The position numbers were made by a program, and so were the translations under genes. A DNA stretch of 64,000 bases, from NCBI GenBank assembly GCA_964291495.2, contig OZ219871.1, positions 288,001 to 352,000 on the forward strand. The letters are read 5' to 3'. Under the pieces are notes generated by a model. That model had not been told where the DNA came from. It searched no databases and saw only the letters and a program-made list of their open reading frames with translations. The DNA comes from Dehalococcoidia bacterium. Lineage in GTDB: Bacteria; Chloroflexota; Dehalococcoidia; UBA2979. How positions within the stretch are numbered: the first letter of the stretch is position 1; each line of letters starts with the position of its first letter. This document shows positions 47,000 to 56,405 of the stretch, piece after piece.

Positions 47000-48091
47000 C
47001 TAGCCCGCCGGCGCCTCGGCCTCCTCGGCGATGAACGCCTCGAGGCGCTCGCGCGCGACGTGGTCGACCCACTGCTCGGGCGGCGACTTCATGAAGTAGG
47101 CCGAGGGGGCCAGCAGCGGACCGCCGATGCCGCGGTCGAGCGCGATCTTCGCGCAGCGGATGGCGTCGATCACGACGCCCGCGGAGTTGGGGCTGTCCCA
47201 GACCTCGAGCTTGCACTCCAGGTTGAGCGGCACGTTGCCGAACGTGGTGCCCTCCATGCGGATGTGGCACCACTTGCGGTCGTCCAGCCATGGCACGTGG
47301 TCGGAGGGCCCGACATGCACGTCGGCGCCCGGCAGCTCGTAATCGATCTGCGAGGTGACGGCGTTGGTCTTCGAGATCTTCTTGGACTCCAGCCGCTCGC
47401 GTTCGAGCATGTTGAGGAAGTCCGTGTTGCCGCCGAAGTTGAGCTGGTAGGTGCGGTCGACGCGCACCCCGCGGTCGAGGAACAGCCGCGCCAGCAGACG
47501 GTGCAGGATCGTCGCGCCGACCTGCGACTTGATGTCGTCACCGATCACGGGCAGGCCCGCGTCGATGAAGCGCTGCTGGAAGTGCCCCTCCTTCGCGATG
47601 AAGACAGGGATGCAGTTGATGAAGGCGCAGCCCGCCGCCAGCACCTGCTCCACGTACCACTTCGTCGCCTCCTCGGAGCCGACCGGGAGGTAGTTGACGA
47701 CGACGTGGGTGTTGGTCGCGCGCAGGATGCCGGCGATGTCGGCGGTCGCGCCCGGCGCCTTGTCGATCACCTCGGAGAGGTACTTGCCGAGGCCGTCGTG
47801 CGTCATGCCGCGGTCCACCGTCACGCCCGAGGCGGGCACGTCGGCGAAGCGGAAGGTGTTGTTCGGGGGCGCGTAGATCGCGTCGGAGAGATCCTGCCCG
47901 ACCTTGTTTGCGTCGATGTCGAAGGCGGCGCTGAAGCGGATGTCGCGGATGTGGTAGTCGCCGAGCTGCGGATGCATCAGCCCCGGGATCGTCTCGTCCT
48001 CGCTCGCGTCGCGGTAGAACTCGATGCCCTGCACCAGCGAGGAAGCGCAGTTCCCCACACCGATGATCGCAACGTTGATCGGCTCGCCCAT
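47000..48091 (-). CDS. ino1: Myo-inositol-1-phosphate synthase
   Basis: [58 protein letters not shown]. Confidence 0.96.
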   Translation of the reverse strand: MGEPINVAIIGVGNCASSLVQGIEFYRDASEDETIPGLMHPQLGDYHIRDIRFSAAFDIDANKVGQDLSDAIYAPPNNTFRFADVPASGVTVDRGMTHDGLGKYLSEVIDKAPGATADIAGILRATNTHVVVNYLPVGSEEATKWYVEQVLAAGCAFINCIPVFIAKEGHFQQRFIDAGLPVIGDDIKSQVGATILHRLLARLFLDRGVRVDRTYQLNFGGNTDFLNMLERERLESKKISKTNAVTSQIDYELPGADVHVGPSDHVPWLDDRKWCHIRMEGTTFGNVPLNLECKLEVWDSPNSAGVVIDAIRCAKIALDRGIGGPLLAPSAYFMKSPPEQWVDHVARERLEAFIAEEAEAPAG

Positions 48092-48197
48092 CGCACACCC
48101 TCCGTTCGCCCCGGCCCGCGCGGGAGCGCGTCCGGCCTTCCGGACTACGATAGGAGCGTCGATCCCATTACTCCAATACGACTCAATGACAAGACAC

Positions 48198-48212
48198 ATA
48201 AGCACTACTTAT
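48198..48212. promoter_or_regulatory. LysR-type T-N11-A operator
   Basis: ATAAG-CACTA-CTTAT palindrome between the divergent ino1 and lysR genes, adjacent to TATACT (48214-48219). Confidence 0.65.
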
Positions 48213-48225
48213 CTATACTGCCCCC

Positions 48226-49158
48226 ATGACCAGCCTCCCCGCCTCCCCTGGCATCGAGTCGATCGAGGCGGCCGACGCCGTCGAGGCCGCGCCGCTCAAC
48301 CTGCACATGCAGCAACTCGCCTACCTCCAGGCGGTCGAGCGCTGGGGCTCGCTGACCGTGGCGGCGCGGCGCCTTGGCGTCACCCAGCCGGCGCTCTCGC
48401 AGGCGATCGCACAGCTGGAGCGGCGGCTCGGCACGCCCCTGCTGGAGCGAGCCGGGCGCGGGCGGCGGCTGACCGAGGCGGGGATCGAGGTCGCCCGCTT
48501 CGCCTCGGAGGTGCTGGGCCGCGCCACGGAACTGCGCGAGTGGCTGCAGGAGTACGAGGCCGGCGCCGGCGGCGTGCTGCGCGTTGGGATGATCGATGCG
48601 GCAAGCCTCTACGTCCTGCCGGAGACGGTGCGCGCCTTCCGCGCCGCCAGCCCCGGCGTCGAGGTGCGTCTCACCGTGGACCGCAGCGCGGTGCTGCTCG
48701 AACGGCTCGCGCGCTTCGAGCTGGACGTCGCCTTCGTCGTCGGGCCACCGCCCGAGGGCTACCGCTCCACCGAGGTGCTGAGCGAGCCGCTCTACGTCTA
48801 CCAGCCGCCGGGCTCCGGGGAGGGGGCGGAGCAGGGCGACTGGGCGCTCTACCCACAGGGCCGGCGGACACGGCTGCTGATCGACGAGGGCCTGGCGCTG
48901 CGCGGCCTCCGCCCGCGCGTGACGCTGGAAAGCGACAACCCGGCCGTGCTCCGGCAGATGGTGGTGCTCGGTCTCTGCTGGAGCGTGCTGCCCGCCGAGA
49001 TCGCCGAGGCGGGGACGCCCTCGCTGCGGCCGCAGCGGCGCGAGCTCGTCGCCGAGCGCACGTTGCTCGCGGTCCGTCGCGCGCAGGCGCCGGACGACGC
49101 CCGCGTCGCGTCCTTCCTGCGGCTCGTCGCCGAGCGCGGCGCGGCGCCGGCGGTGTAG
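48226..49158 (+). CDS. LysR family transcriptional regulator
   Basis: GSLTVAARRLGVTQPALSQAIAQLE...LLER...LTEAG. Confidence 0.94.
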   Translation: MTSLPASPGIESIEAADAVEAAPLNLHMQQLAYLQAVERWGSLTVAARRLGVTQPALSQAIAQLERRLGTPLLERAGRGRRLTEAGIEVARFASEVLGRATELREWLQEYEAGAGGVLRVGMIDAASLYVLPETVRAFRAASPGVEVRLTVDRSAVLLERLARFELDVAFVVGPPPEGYRSTEVLSEPLYVYQPPGSGEGAEQGDWALYPQGRRTRLLIDEGLALRGLRPRVTLESDNPAVLRQMVVLGLCWSVLPAEIAEAGTPSLRPQRRELVAERTLLAVRRAQAPDDARVASFLRLVAERGAAPAV

Positions 49159-49168
49159 CGCCGCGAGG

Positions 49169-50101
49169 CTACTCGGCGAAGACGCGGTACGGGTGCCAGA
49201 CGCCGGGGATCGGGCCACACTCGAGCAGCGCAACGAGCCTGCCATGCCACCCGTAGCCACGCGCCTTCACGCCGACGCGCGCCGGGGGCCGCCCGTCGAT
49301 CGGCCGGGGCCGCACGTCGCGGCCCTGCCGCGCGAGCGCGATCGAGCGCTTCCCGAGGACCACGGCCGGCCAGTCATGCAGCACCGCGTCCGGGGCGTGC
49401 ACCAGCTCGTCGCTCAGCCCTCCCTCGAGCATCAGCACCGCGTCGTCGAGCGTGACCGCATCATCGAGCCGGAACGGCCCGACGGCTGTGCGGCTGAGGC
49501 TGGCGAGGTGCCCGCCCACGCCGAGCGCCTCGCCGAGGTCGTGCGCGAGCGAGCGCATGTAGAAGCCCTTGCTGCACTCGACCTCGATCTCCAGCTCGGG
49601 CGGCTCGCACACGCCAAGCGTGAGCTCGTAGACCATGACCGCTCGGGGCTCGAGTTGCGGCTGCTCGCCGCGCCGGGCCGCGCGCCAGGCGCGTTCGCCC
49701 TCGATCTTGACCGCGCTGAAGGCGGGGGGCGTCTGCATCAGCTCGCCGCGGAACGCCTCGAGGGCGTCCTCGACCTCGGCGCGCGTCACGCCGGAGGCGT
49801 CGCAGCTGGCCTGCACCTCGCCGGCGGCGTCGTAGGTGTCGGTCTCGACACCGAGCGTGACCATCGCGCGGTAGCGCTTGCGCGCGTCCATCAAAGAGTC
49901 GATCAACCGCGTCGAGGGCCCGAGGGCGATCGGCAGCACGCCGGTCGCGGGCCGGTCGAGCGTGCCCGCGTGGCCGACGCGGCGGATGCCGGCGGCGCGC
50001 CGCACCACGCGCACCACGTCGAACGAGGTCATGTCCGGCGGCTTGTCGATGTTGAGGAAGCCGCTCAGCGCCGGGGCCTCCGCGCGGGCGGCGGCGCTCA
50101 C
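49169..50101 (-). CDS. truB: tRNA pseudouridine(55) synthase
   Basis: NIDKP, GHAGTLD, TDTYD, PPAFSA, CSKGFYMRSLAHD. Confidence 0.95.
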   Translation of the reverse strand: MSAAARAEAPALSGFLNIDKPPDMTSFDVVRVVRRAAGIRRVGHAGTLDRPATGVLPIALGPSTRLIDSLMDARKRYRAMVTLGVETDTYDAAGEVQASCDASGVTRAEVEDALEAFRGELMQTPPAFSAVKIEGERAWRAARRGEQPQLEPRAVMVYELTLGVCEPPELEIEVECSKGFYMRSLAHDLGEALGVGGHLASLSRTAVGPFRLDDAVTLDDAVLMLEGGLSDELVHAPDAVLHDWPAVVLGKRSIALARQGRDVRPRPIDGRPPARVGVKARGYGWHGRLVALLECGPIPGVWHPYRVFAE

Positions 50102-50460
50102 AGCTCGCGGCCCTCGGAGCGTGCGAGGTCGCGCATCAGCACGGTCATGCGATCGGCCTCGGCGATCGACTCGTCGAGCACGAAGCGCAGCCGCGGGACG
50201 CGCTTCATGCGGATCCGCTTCACCAGCTCGCGGTGCAGGAAGGGGGCGCTGCGTTCGAGCGCGACGAGCACCTCGTCGGCGCCGCCGGCGGGGTCCATCA
50301 CGCTCACGTGCACGCGCGCAGCCGCGAGGTCCGGCGTGACCTCGACGCGCGTGATCGAGAGGAAGGCCTCGGCCAGCACCGGGTCCTTGACGCGGCGCTG
50401 CAGCAGCTCGGCCACCTCCGACTGCACGAGGTCGTTGACCTTCTCTATGCGACGGCTCAT
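50098..50460 (-). CDS. rbfA: Ribosome-binding factor A
   Basis: MSRRIEKV, VKDP, VTPDL, VPRLRFVLDES. Confidence 0.94.
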   Translation of the reverse strand: MSRRIEKVNDLVQSEVAELLQRRVKDPVLAEAFLSITRVEVTPDLAAARVHVSVMDPAGGADEVLVALERSAPFLHRELVKRIRMKRVPRLRFVLDESIAEADRMTVLMRDLARSEGREL

Positions 50461-50538
50461 CGCGGCGCGGTCCTCACAGGCCATTCCGATCGCGGGGAGT
50501 GCTCGGGCGTGCGCCCGGGTGCTGCCATGCAAGCGACG

Positions 50539-52347
50539 CTAGCGCACCTGCTCCATGTGGTACGTGACGATCTCGTCGCCTTCCTCGAAGGCCTCGAAGC
50601 CGTCGACGGTGATGCCGCACTCGAGGCCGGCGGCCACCTCGCGCGCGTCCTCCTGGAAGCGCTTGAGCGAGTCGATGCGCGACTCGCGCAGGACCTCGCC
50701 GCCGCGCATCACCCGTGCGAGTGAGCCGCGGGTGACCGACCCGTCGCGCACGAGGCAGCCGGCAATCGAGTTGCGGCGGCCGCGGCGGAAGACCTGGCGC
50801 ACCTCGGCGACGGCGTCGCGGCGCTCCTCATAGATCGGCTGAAGCATGCCGCGCACGGCCTGCTCGACATCCTCGATCACGTCGTAGATCACGCGGTACT
50901 CGCGGATCTCGACGTGCTCCGCCTCGGCAAGGCGCTGCGCGCCGGTCTCGGCGCGGGCGTTGAAGGCGATGATCACGCCCTGCGAGGCGACCGCGAGGTT
51001 GACGTCGGACTCGTTCACCGTGCCGGCCGCGGCGTGGATCACCTTGACGTTGATCTCGTCCAGGGCGAGGCCCTCGATGGCGCGCACGAGCGGCTCGATC
51101 GAGCCCTGCACGTCCGTCTTGAGCACGATGTTGAAGTCCTGCACCGCCCCGCGGTGGATCTCGCCGAACAGCGTGTCGAGGGTGACGCCGGTGCGGACGT
51201 TGCCCTCGCGCTCGACCGAGCGGCGTAGCTCGACGCTCTCGGCGCGGGCCGTGCGCTCGTCCTTCACCGTCTCGAAGCGCTCGCCTGCGGGCGGCACCTC
51301 GCTGAGGCCGAGCACCGTCACCGGCGTCGAGGGCCCCGCCTCCCGGAGCTGCTGCCCGGCCGAGTCCGTCATCGCCTTGATGCGGCCGTAGCTCAGCCCG
51401 GCGCGGATCACGTCGCCGCGGTGCAGCGTGCCGGTCTGCACGAGGATCGTCGCCGCGATGCCGCGCCGCGGGTCGGTTGCCGCCTCGAGCACGACGCCGA
51501 TGGCGGCGCGGTCCGGGTTGGCCTTCAGCTCCTCGAGCTCGGCGACCAGCAGCACACTCTCGAGCAGGTCGTCGATGCCGTCGCCGGCGAGCGCGGAGAT
51601 CGGCACCACGACGGTCTCGCCGCCGAACTCCTCGGGCACCAGCTCCGCGCCCATCAGGTCCTGCTTCACGCGGTCCGGGTTGGCGTTGGGCAGGTCCGTC
51701 TTGTTGACCGCCACCACGATCGGCACGCCGGCCGCGCGCGCGTGGTCGATCGCCTCGCGCGTCTGCGGCATCACGCCGTCGTCGGCGGCGACGACGATGA
51801 TCGCGATGTCGGTGACCTGCGCGCCGCGCGCGCGCATCTCCGTGAACGCCTCGTGGCCGGGTGTGTCAATGAAGGTGAGCGTCCGCCCATCCGGGCCGGC
51901 GGCCTGGTAGGCGCCGATGTGCTGCGTGATCCCGCCGGCCTCGCCCTCGACGACCCGGGCGCGGCGAATCGTGTCCAGCAGCGTCGTCTTGCCGTGGTCG
52001 ACGTGTCCGAGCACGGTGACCACCGGCGCGCGCGGCTGAGCGTCCTCGCCTTCCTCGATGATGCGGCGCGAGAGCGGCGCGGACTCGTCCTCGCCGGCGA
52101 CGGCGGCGGCCTCCTCGTCGCCCTCCTCCTCGGGCGCGTACCCGAGGTCGGCGGCGACGACGGCGGCGGTGTCGAAGTCGACCACCTGGTTGATGGTCGC
52201 CATCACGCCGTTCTTCATCAGTTCCTTGATCACGTCGACCGGCGTGATGCCGAGCAAACCCGCGAGGTCGCTGACGACGACCGCGGCGGGGATCGTGACG
52301 CGCGGCGATTCTGCCGCTGAAACGGTCTGGTCCGGCGCCTGCGTCAT
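50539..52347 (-). CDS. infB: Translation initiation factor IF-2
   Basis: [41 protein letters not shown]. Confidence 0.97.
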   Translation of the reverse strand: MTQAPDQTVSAAESPRVTIPAAVVVSDLAGLLGITPVDVIKELMKNGVMATINQVVDFDTAAVVAADLGYAPEEEGDEEAAAVAGEDESAPLSRRIIEEGEDAQPRAPVVTVLGHVDHGKTTLLDTIRRARVVEGEAGGITQHIGAYQAAGPDGRTLTFIDTPGHEAFTEMRARGAQVTDIAIIVVAADDGVMPQTREAIDHARAAGVPIVVAVNKTDLPNANPDRVKQDLMGAELVPEEFGGETVVVPISALAGDGIDDLLESVLLVAELEELKANPDRAAIGVVLEAATDPRRGIAATILVQTGTLHRGDVIRAGLSYGRIKAMTDSAGQQLREAGPSTPVTVLGLSEVPPAGERFETVKDERTARAESVELRRSVEREGNVRTGVTLDTLFGEIHRGAVQDFNIVLKTDVQGSIEPLVRAIEGLALDEINVKVIHAAAGTVNESDVNLAVASQGVIIAFNARAETGAQRLAEAEHVEIREYRVIYDVIEDVEQAVRGMLQPIYEERRDAVAEVRQVFRRGRRNSIAGCLVRDGSVTRGSLARVMRGGEVLRESRIDSLKRFQEDAREVAAGLECGITVDGFEAFEEGDEIVTYHMEQVR

Positions 52348-52667
52348 CGCTCGCTCTCTCCCGTTCCCCGGGTTCCGGCAGCCGCGGCTTCGCCGTGCCG
52401 TCGTGCGTACCCTCGCAGTGTAGCGCGGTCGGCGGCGCTGACCGAGGTCCGCAGCGCTCGATCGAGCCGTCCGCCCTCGAGTGCCTGCTGCCAGCAGGCG
52501 GGCGACTCGCAGAGGTAGCCGCCACGCCCCGGCGCTCGCCCCCGCTCGTCGACGCTGACCGAGCCGTCCGCGCCTCGCACCAGCCGGGTCAGCGAACGCT
52601 GGTCGCGCTGCTCGCGGCAGCTCAGGCAGCTACGCTGCGGCGGCGTCCGTCTGCGGGCCGGGGCCAT
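52344..52667 (-). CDS. ylxR: YlxR family RNA-binding protein
   Basis: PQRSCLSC, RLVR, GRGGYLC; lies between nusA and infB. Confidence 0.9.
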   Translation of the reverse strand: MAPARRRTPPQRSCLSCREQRDQRSLTRLVRGADGSVSVDERGRAPGRGGYLCESPACWQQALEGGRLDRALRTSVSAADRATLRGYARRHGEAAAAGTRGTGESER

Positions 52668-52725
52668 TGCCGTGCATCCGTCCCATTCGCTGTTCGCGTT
52701 CGCGGCGTCGCGCTACCGATCGCCG

Positions 52726-54369
52726 CTAGTCCTCGTACTCGTCGTATTCCCCGTACTCGTCCTCGTCCTCGTCTTCGAAGGGCAAGTCGCCGTGGAGCTC
52801 GCTCAGCCCCTCCTCGATCTCGTCCTCGTCGACCTCGAAGCGGCGGCGGCCGCCGCGCGGCTGGCGATCGCGCTCGGGCTGCGCACCCCCGCGCCGGCGT
52901 CGCCGCGCCGGACTGCGGCCACCGCGCGCCGGCCGGTCCGGCTCGTCGTCGATGTCGCGCAGCTCGCCGATCTCCTCCGCGAAGCGCAGGCCGCCGGGAG
53001 CGGACGGCGCCGCGGCGGGCGCACGAGGGGGCGCCGCCGGCGCCTCCTCGACGACGACCTCCGCGGCGGCCGCGGCCTCCTCGACCGGCTCCGCCGCGGC
53101 GGGCTCGGCGAACTCGGCGAGCACCTCCTGCTCCGGGGTGAGCGGGGCGGGCTCGGCGGGCGCCTCGACCAGCTCGTGCTCGCCGGGGAGCCCCGGCCGC
53201 GCGTATCCGGCCTGCGAGGGCGCCACGAAGTCCGGCAGCGTCGGGAGCGCCGGCGTCGGCGCCAGCGGGAGCGCCTCCATGTTCGGCTCGGGAGGCGGGT
53301 AGAGGTCCTCGCCGTTGCGGATCAGCAGGCTCTCCGGGCTGATCTCGACGCGGCGGCCGGTCAGGCGCGCAGTCAGGCGCGCGTTCTGCCCCTCCTTGCC
53401 GATGGCGAGGCTGATCTGCTTGTCCGGCACCGCGAGGAACGCCGTGTTCGTCTCCTCATCGAGGCGCACCGAGACGACCTCGGCGGGGCTCAGCGCGTTC
53501 GCGACAAAGCCCGCCTCGTTCGGGTCCCAGCGGACGATGTCGATGCGCTCTCCGCCCAGCTCATTGACCACGTTCTGGATGCGCGCGCCGCGCACGCCGA
53601 CGACCGCGCCGATCGGGTCGACGCCGTCCTGGCGCGAGATCACGGCGATCTTGCTGCGGAAGCCGGGCTCACGCGCCATCTTCACGATCTCGACGGTGCC
53701 CTTGGCGATCTCCGGCGATTCGAGCTCCAGGAGGCGTCTCAGCAGCTCCGGATGGGAGCGCGAGGCGACCACCTGCGGCCCCTTGGCCGCGCGGTAGACC
53801 TCCTTCACGTAGACCCGCAGCCGCTGCCCGACGCGGTAGTGCTCCGGGCGCACCTGCTCGGCCGACGGCAGCACGGCCTCGGTCCGTCCGAGGTCGAGAA
53901 CCACGTTGCGGCGGCCGGCCTCGACGCGCAGCACGGTGCCGGAAACCAGCTCGCCCTGCTTCGTGGTGAACTCGCCGAAGACGGCCTCGCGCTCGGCCTC
54001 GCGGAGGCGCTGGAGCACCACCTGCTTCGCCGTCTGTGCGGCGATGCGGCCAGCGTCCAGCGACGCCTCGAGCGGCTCGCGGATGCGATCACCCTCGGCG
54101 GCCCCGGCGTGGCCCATCTCCGCGGCGCGCTCCGGCGAGACCTGGATCTCGTCGTCCTCGATCTCCTCGTCCGGCATCACGTCCCAGACGCGCCAGGCGT
54201 CGATGTCGCCGGATTCGATGTCGATCCTGACCTCGATCTCGGCGTACTGGAGCTCGTCCTTCTTGTAGGCGGAGGCCATCGCCGCCTCGACGGCCTTGAA
54301 GACGGTCTCGGTATCGAGGTTCTTTTCCGCTGAAAGCTGCGCGATCGCGGTGACGAATTCGCTCTTCAT
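52726..54369 (-). CDS. nusA: Transcription termination/antitermination factor NusA
   Basis: GRIAAQTAKQV, SRSHP, REPGFRSKIAV, AIGKEGQNARL, long acidic tail. Confidence 0.96.
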   Translation of the reverse strand: MKSEFVTAIAQLSAEKNLDTETVFKAVEAAMASAYKKDELQYAEIEVRIDIESGDIDAWRVWDVMPDEEIEDDEIQVSPERAAEMGHAGAAEGDRIREPLEASLDAGRIAAQTAKQVVLQRLREAEREAVFGEFTTKQGELVSGTVLRVEAGRRNVVLDLGRTEAVLPSAEQVRPEHYRVGQRLRVYVKEVYRAAKGPQVVASRSHPELLRRLLELESPEIAKGTVEIVKMAREPGFRSKIAVISRQDGVDPIGAVVGVRGARIQNVVNELGGERIDIVRWDPNEAGFVANALSPAEVVSVRLDEETNTAFLAVPDKQISLAIGKEGQNARLTARLTGRRVEISPESLLIRNGEDLYPPPEPNMEALPLAPTPALPTLPDFVAPSQAGYARPGLPGEHELVEAPAEPAPLTPEQEVLAEFAEPAAAEPVEEAAAAAEVVVEEAPAAPPRAPAAAPSAPGGLRFAEEIGELRDIDDEPDRPARGGRSPARRRRRGGAQPERDRQPRGGRRRFEVDEDEIEEGLSELHGDLPFEDEDEDEYGEYDEYED

Positions 54370-54417
54370 GTGCTGCTGCCGCTCCCGAGGTGCCCTCGGC
54401 TGGGCCGCCCTTGCTAC

Positions 54418-54445
54418 AAAAAAACGTGGGCGTCGGCCCACGTCT
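54418..54445 (-). terminator. rimP-leader-type attenuator hairpin upstream of nusA
   Basis: Minus strand ACGTGGGC-cgac-GCCCACGT-TTTTTT, matching the GTGGG/CCCAC-U-tract pattern typical of nusA-operon leaders. Confidence 0.75.
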
Positions 54446-54510
54446 CGCAAGGAGGCGCTGGTGTGCGAATCAGTGTAGCACGCGGCCCGGTTCGGGGCGC
54501 GCCGACCCGG

Positions 54511-56259
54511 CTATACGTCCGGGTCGAGGGCCTCGATGGCGGCCGCGCGCAGTGCTTGCAGGCGGCCGGCGACCTCGCCGCGCGGGATGTGCTCGACCTC
54601 GCCCGTCGCGCGCGTGCGCAGTTCGACGGCGCCCTCCGCCTGGTTGCGCGCCGAGACGGTCAGCCGCCAGGGCAGGCCGATCAGGTCGGCGTCGTTGAAC
54701 TTCACGCCCGGGGACTCGTCGCGGTCGTCGAACAGCACCTCGAGGCCGGCGTCCGCCAGCTCGGCGTAGAGCGCCTCCGCCTCCTCGGCGACTTGCGGGT
54801 CGCGGTCGAGGCGCAGCGCGACGAGCTGCACGTCGTAGGGCGCGACCGAGGCGGGCCAGCTGATGCCGTCCTCGTCGTGGTTCGCCTCGACGGCGGCCGC
54901 GACGATGCGGTCGACGCCGATGCCGTAGCAGCCCATCGTCGGCACCACCGGCTGCCCCTCGGCGCCGAGCACGTCGACGCTGAACGCCTCGGAGTAGATC
55001 TGACCGAGGCGGAAGACGTGCCCCATCTCGATACCGCGGCGCAGCCGGATCACGCCCTCGCCGCAGGCCGCGCAGACGTGGCCGTCCTCGGCGAGGGCGA
55101 TGTCGGCAACGAGGCTCGCCTGCCAGTCGCGGCCGTGGTTGACGTTGCGCAGGTGGAAGTCCGCCTTGTTCGCGCCGGCCACGAGGTTCGGCGAGTCCGG
55201 GATCGAGAGGTCCGCCACGACGGTCATGCGGTCGCCGAGGCCGACCGGCGAGGCCGACCCGGCGACGAGGCCATGGTGCTCCACCTCGGCGTCGGTCATC
55301 GCCCGCACGGCGCGCCCATCGAGCTCGTTGGAGAGTTTGACCTCGTTGATCTCGAGGTCGCCGCGCACGACGGCGAAGATCGGCTCCTCCGGATCGCTGC
55401 CGCCCCCGGCCATGTAGAAGACCGCCTTGGCGGTGCGCGAGGTCGGGACCTCAAGCAGCGTCGCGAGCTGCTCGATGGTCGTCGTGCCCGGCGTCGAGAC
55501 CTCCTCGACGGGCAGCGGGTCCTCGGGAGCGGCTGGCGGGCGCACGAAGGCCGCCTTCTCCGTGTTGGCGGCGTAGTCGCAGTCGGAGCAGAGCGCGACG
55601 GTGTCCTCGCCGGCCTCGCTGAGGAAGATGAACTCCTGCGAGCCCTTGCCGCCGATCGCGCCCGAGTCCGCCTCGACGGGGACGGTCGGCACGCCGCAAC
55701 GGGCGAAGATGCGGCGGTAGGCCTGGAACATCGCGTCGTAGGAGTCGGTCAGCCCGTCCTCGTCGAGGTCGAAGGAGTAGGCGTCCTTCATCGTGAACTC
55801 GCGGACGCGCACCAGTCCGCCGCGCGGGCGTCCCTCGTCCCGGAACTTGGTCTGGATCTGATAGAGCGTGACGGGTAGATCGCGATAGGAGCTGGTGTGA
55901 TCGGCGAAGAGGCGCGTGATCACCTCCTCGTGCGTCGGTCCGAGGACGAGGCCGCGCCCGCGCTGGTCGTTGAGGTGGAAGAGGACAGGGCCGAAGGCCT
56001 CCTCGCGGCCGCTCTGCTGCCACAGCTCGACCGGCTGGATGGCGGGCAGCAGCACCTCTTGCCCGCCGGCGGCGTCCATCTCCTCGCGGACGACGTTCTC
56101 GGCCTTGAGGCGGGCGCGGCGGCCGAGGGGCATGTAGCTGTATGCCCCCGCCATGAGCTGGTCGATGCAGCCCGCGCGCAGCAGCAGCCGATGGCTCGCC
56201 GTCTCCGCGTCGGCGGGCGCCTGGCGCAGCGTGCGTCCGAACAGCCGCGACATCCGCAT
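54511..56259 (-). CDS. proS: Proline--tRNA ligase
   Basis: MRMSRLFGRT, LGPTHEE, QIQTKFRDE, REFTMKDAYSF, MGCYGIG. Confidence 0.97.
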   Translation of the reverse strand: MRMSRLFGRTLRQAPADAETASHRLLLRAGCIDQLMAGAYSYMPLGRRARLKAENVVREEMDAAGGQEVLLPAIQPVELWQQSGREEAFGPVLFHLNDQRGRGLVLGPTHEEVITRLFADHTSSYRDLPVTLYQIQTKFRDEGRPRGGLVRVREFTMKDAYSFDLDEDGLTDSYDAMFQAYRRIFARCGVPTVPVEADSGAIGGKGSQEFIFLSEAGEDTVALCSDCDYAANTEKAAFVRPPAAPEDPLPVEEVSTPGTTTIEQLATLLEVPTSRTAKAVFYMAGGGSDPEEPIFAVVRGDLEINEVKLSNELDGRAVRAMTDAEVEHHGLVAGSASPVGLGDRMTVVADLSIPDSPNLVAGANKADFHLRNVNHGRDWQASLVADIALAEDGHVCAACGEGVIRLRRGIEMGHVFRLGQIYSEAFSVDVLGAEGQPVVPTMGCYGIGVDRIVAAAVEANHDEDGISWPASVAPYDVQLVALRLDRDPQVAEEAEALYAELADAGLEVLFDDRDESPGVKFNDADLIGLPWRLTVSARNQAEGAVELRTRATGEVEHIPRGEVAGRLQALRAAAIEALDPDV

Positions 56260-56405
56260 GGCGTCGAGGGTACGCAGGCGCGGCGGCGCGGGCAAAGGTG
56301 GGACCCCAGCCGATCCTTGCCCCCTCCCCGGCAGGTGCTACCATCCGCCGCGCCGCCTCGACAGCCCCGAGGCGCGCCCATCCGCATCCGCACCGGGAGC
56401 CCGCG

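Noticed and set aside
42541-48091. Di-myo-inositol phosphate or mycothiol pathway
   Set aside because: No IPCT or MshB/C/D genes are present. The GT4 N-terminus and neighbouring lipid acyltransferases fit PimA/PatA-type lipid synthesis better.
45224-48229. 1001-aa plus-strand ORF and other long antisense ORFs (e.g. 1552-3402, 13504-15702, 42517-44571, 55920-57986)
   Set aside because: They are antisense shadows of well-supported genes, expected at this GC content, and have no recognisable motifs.
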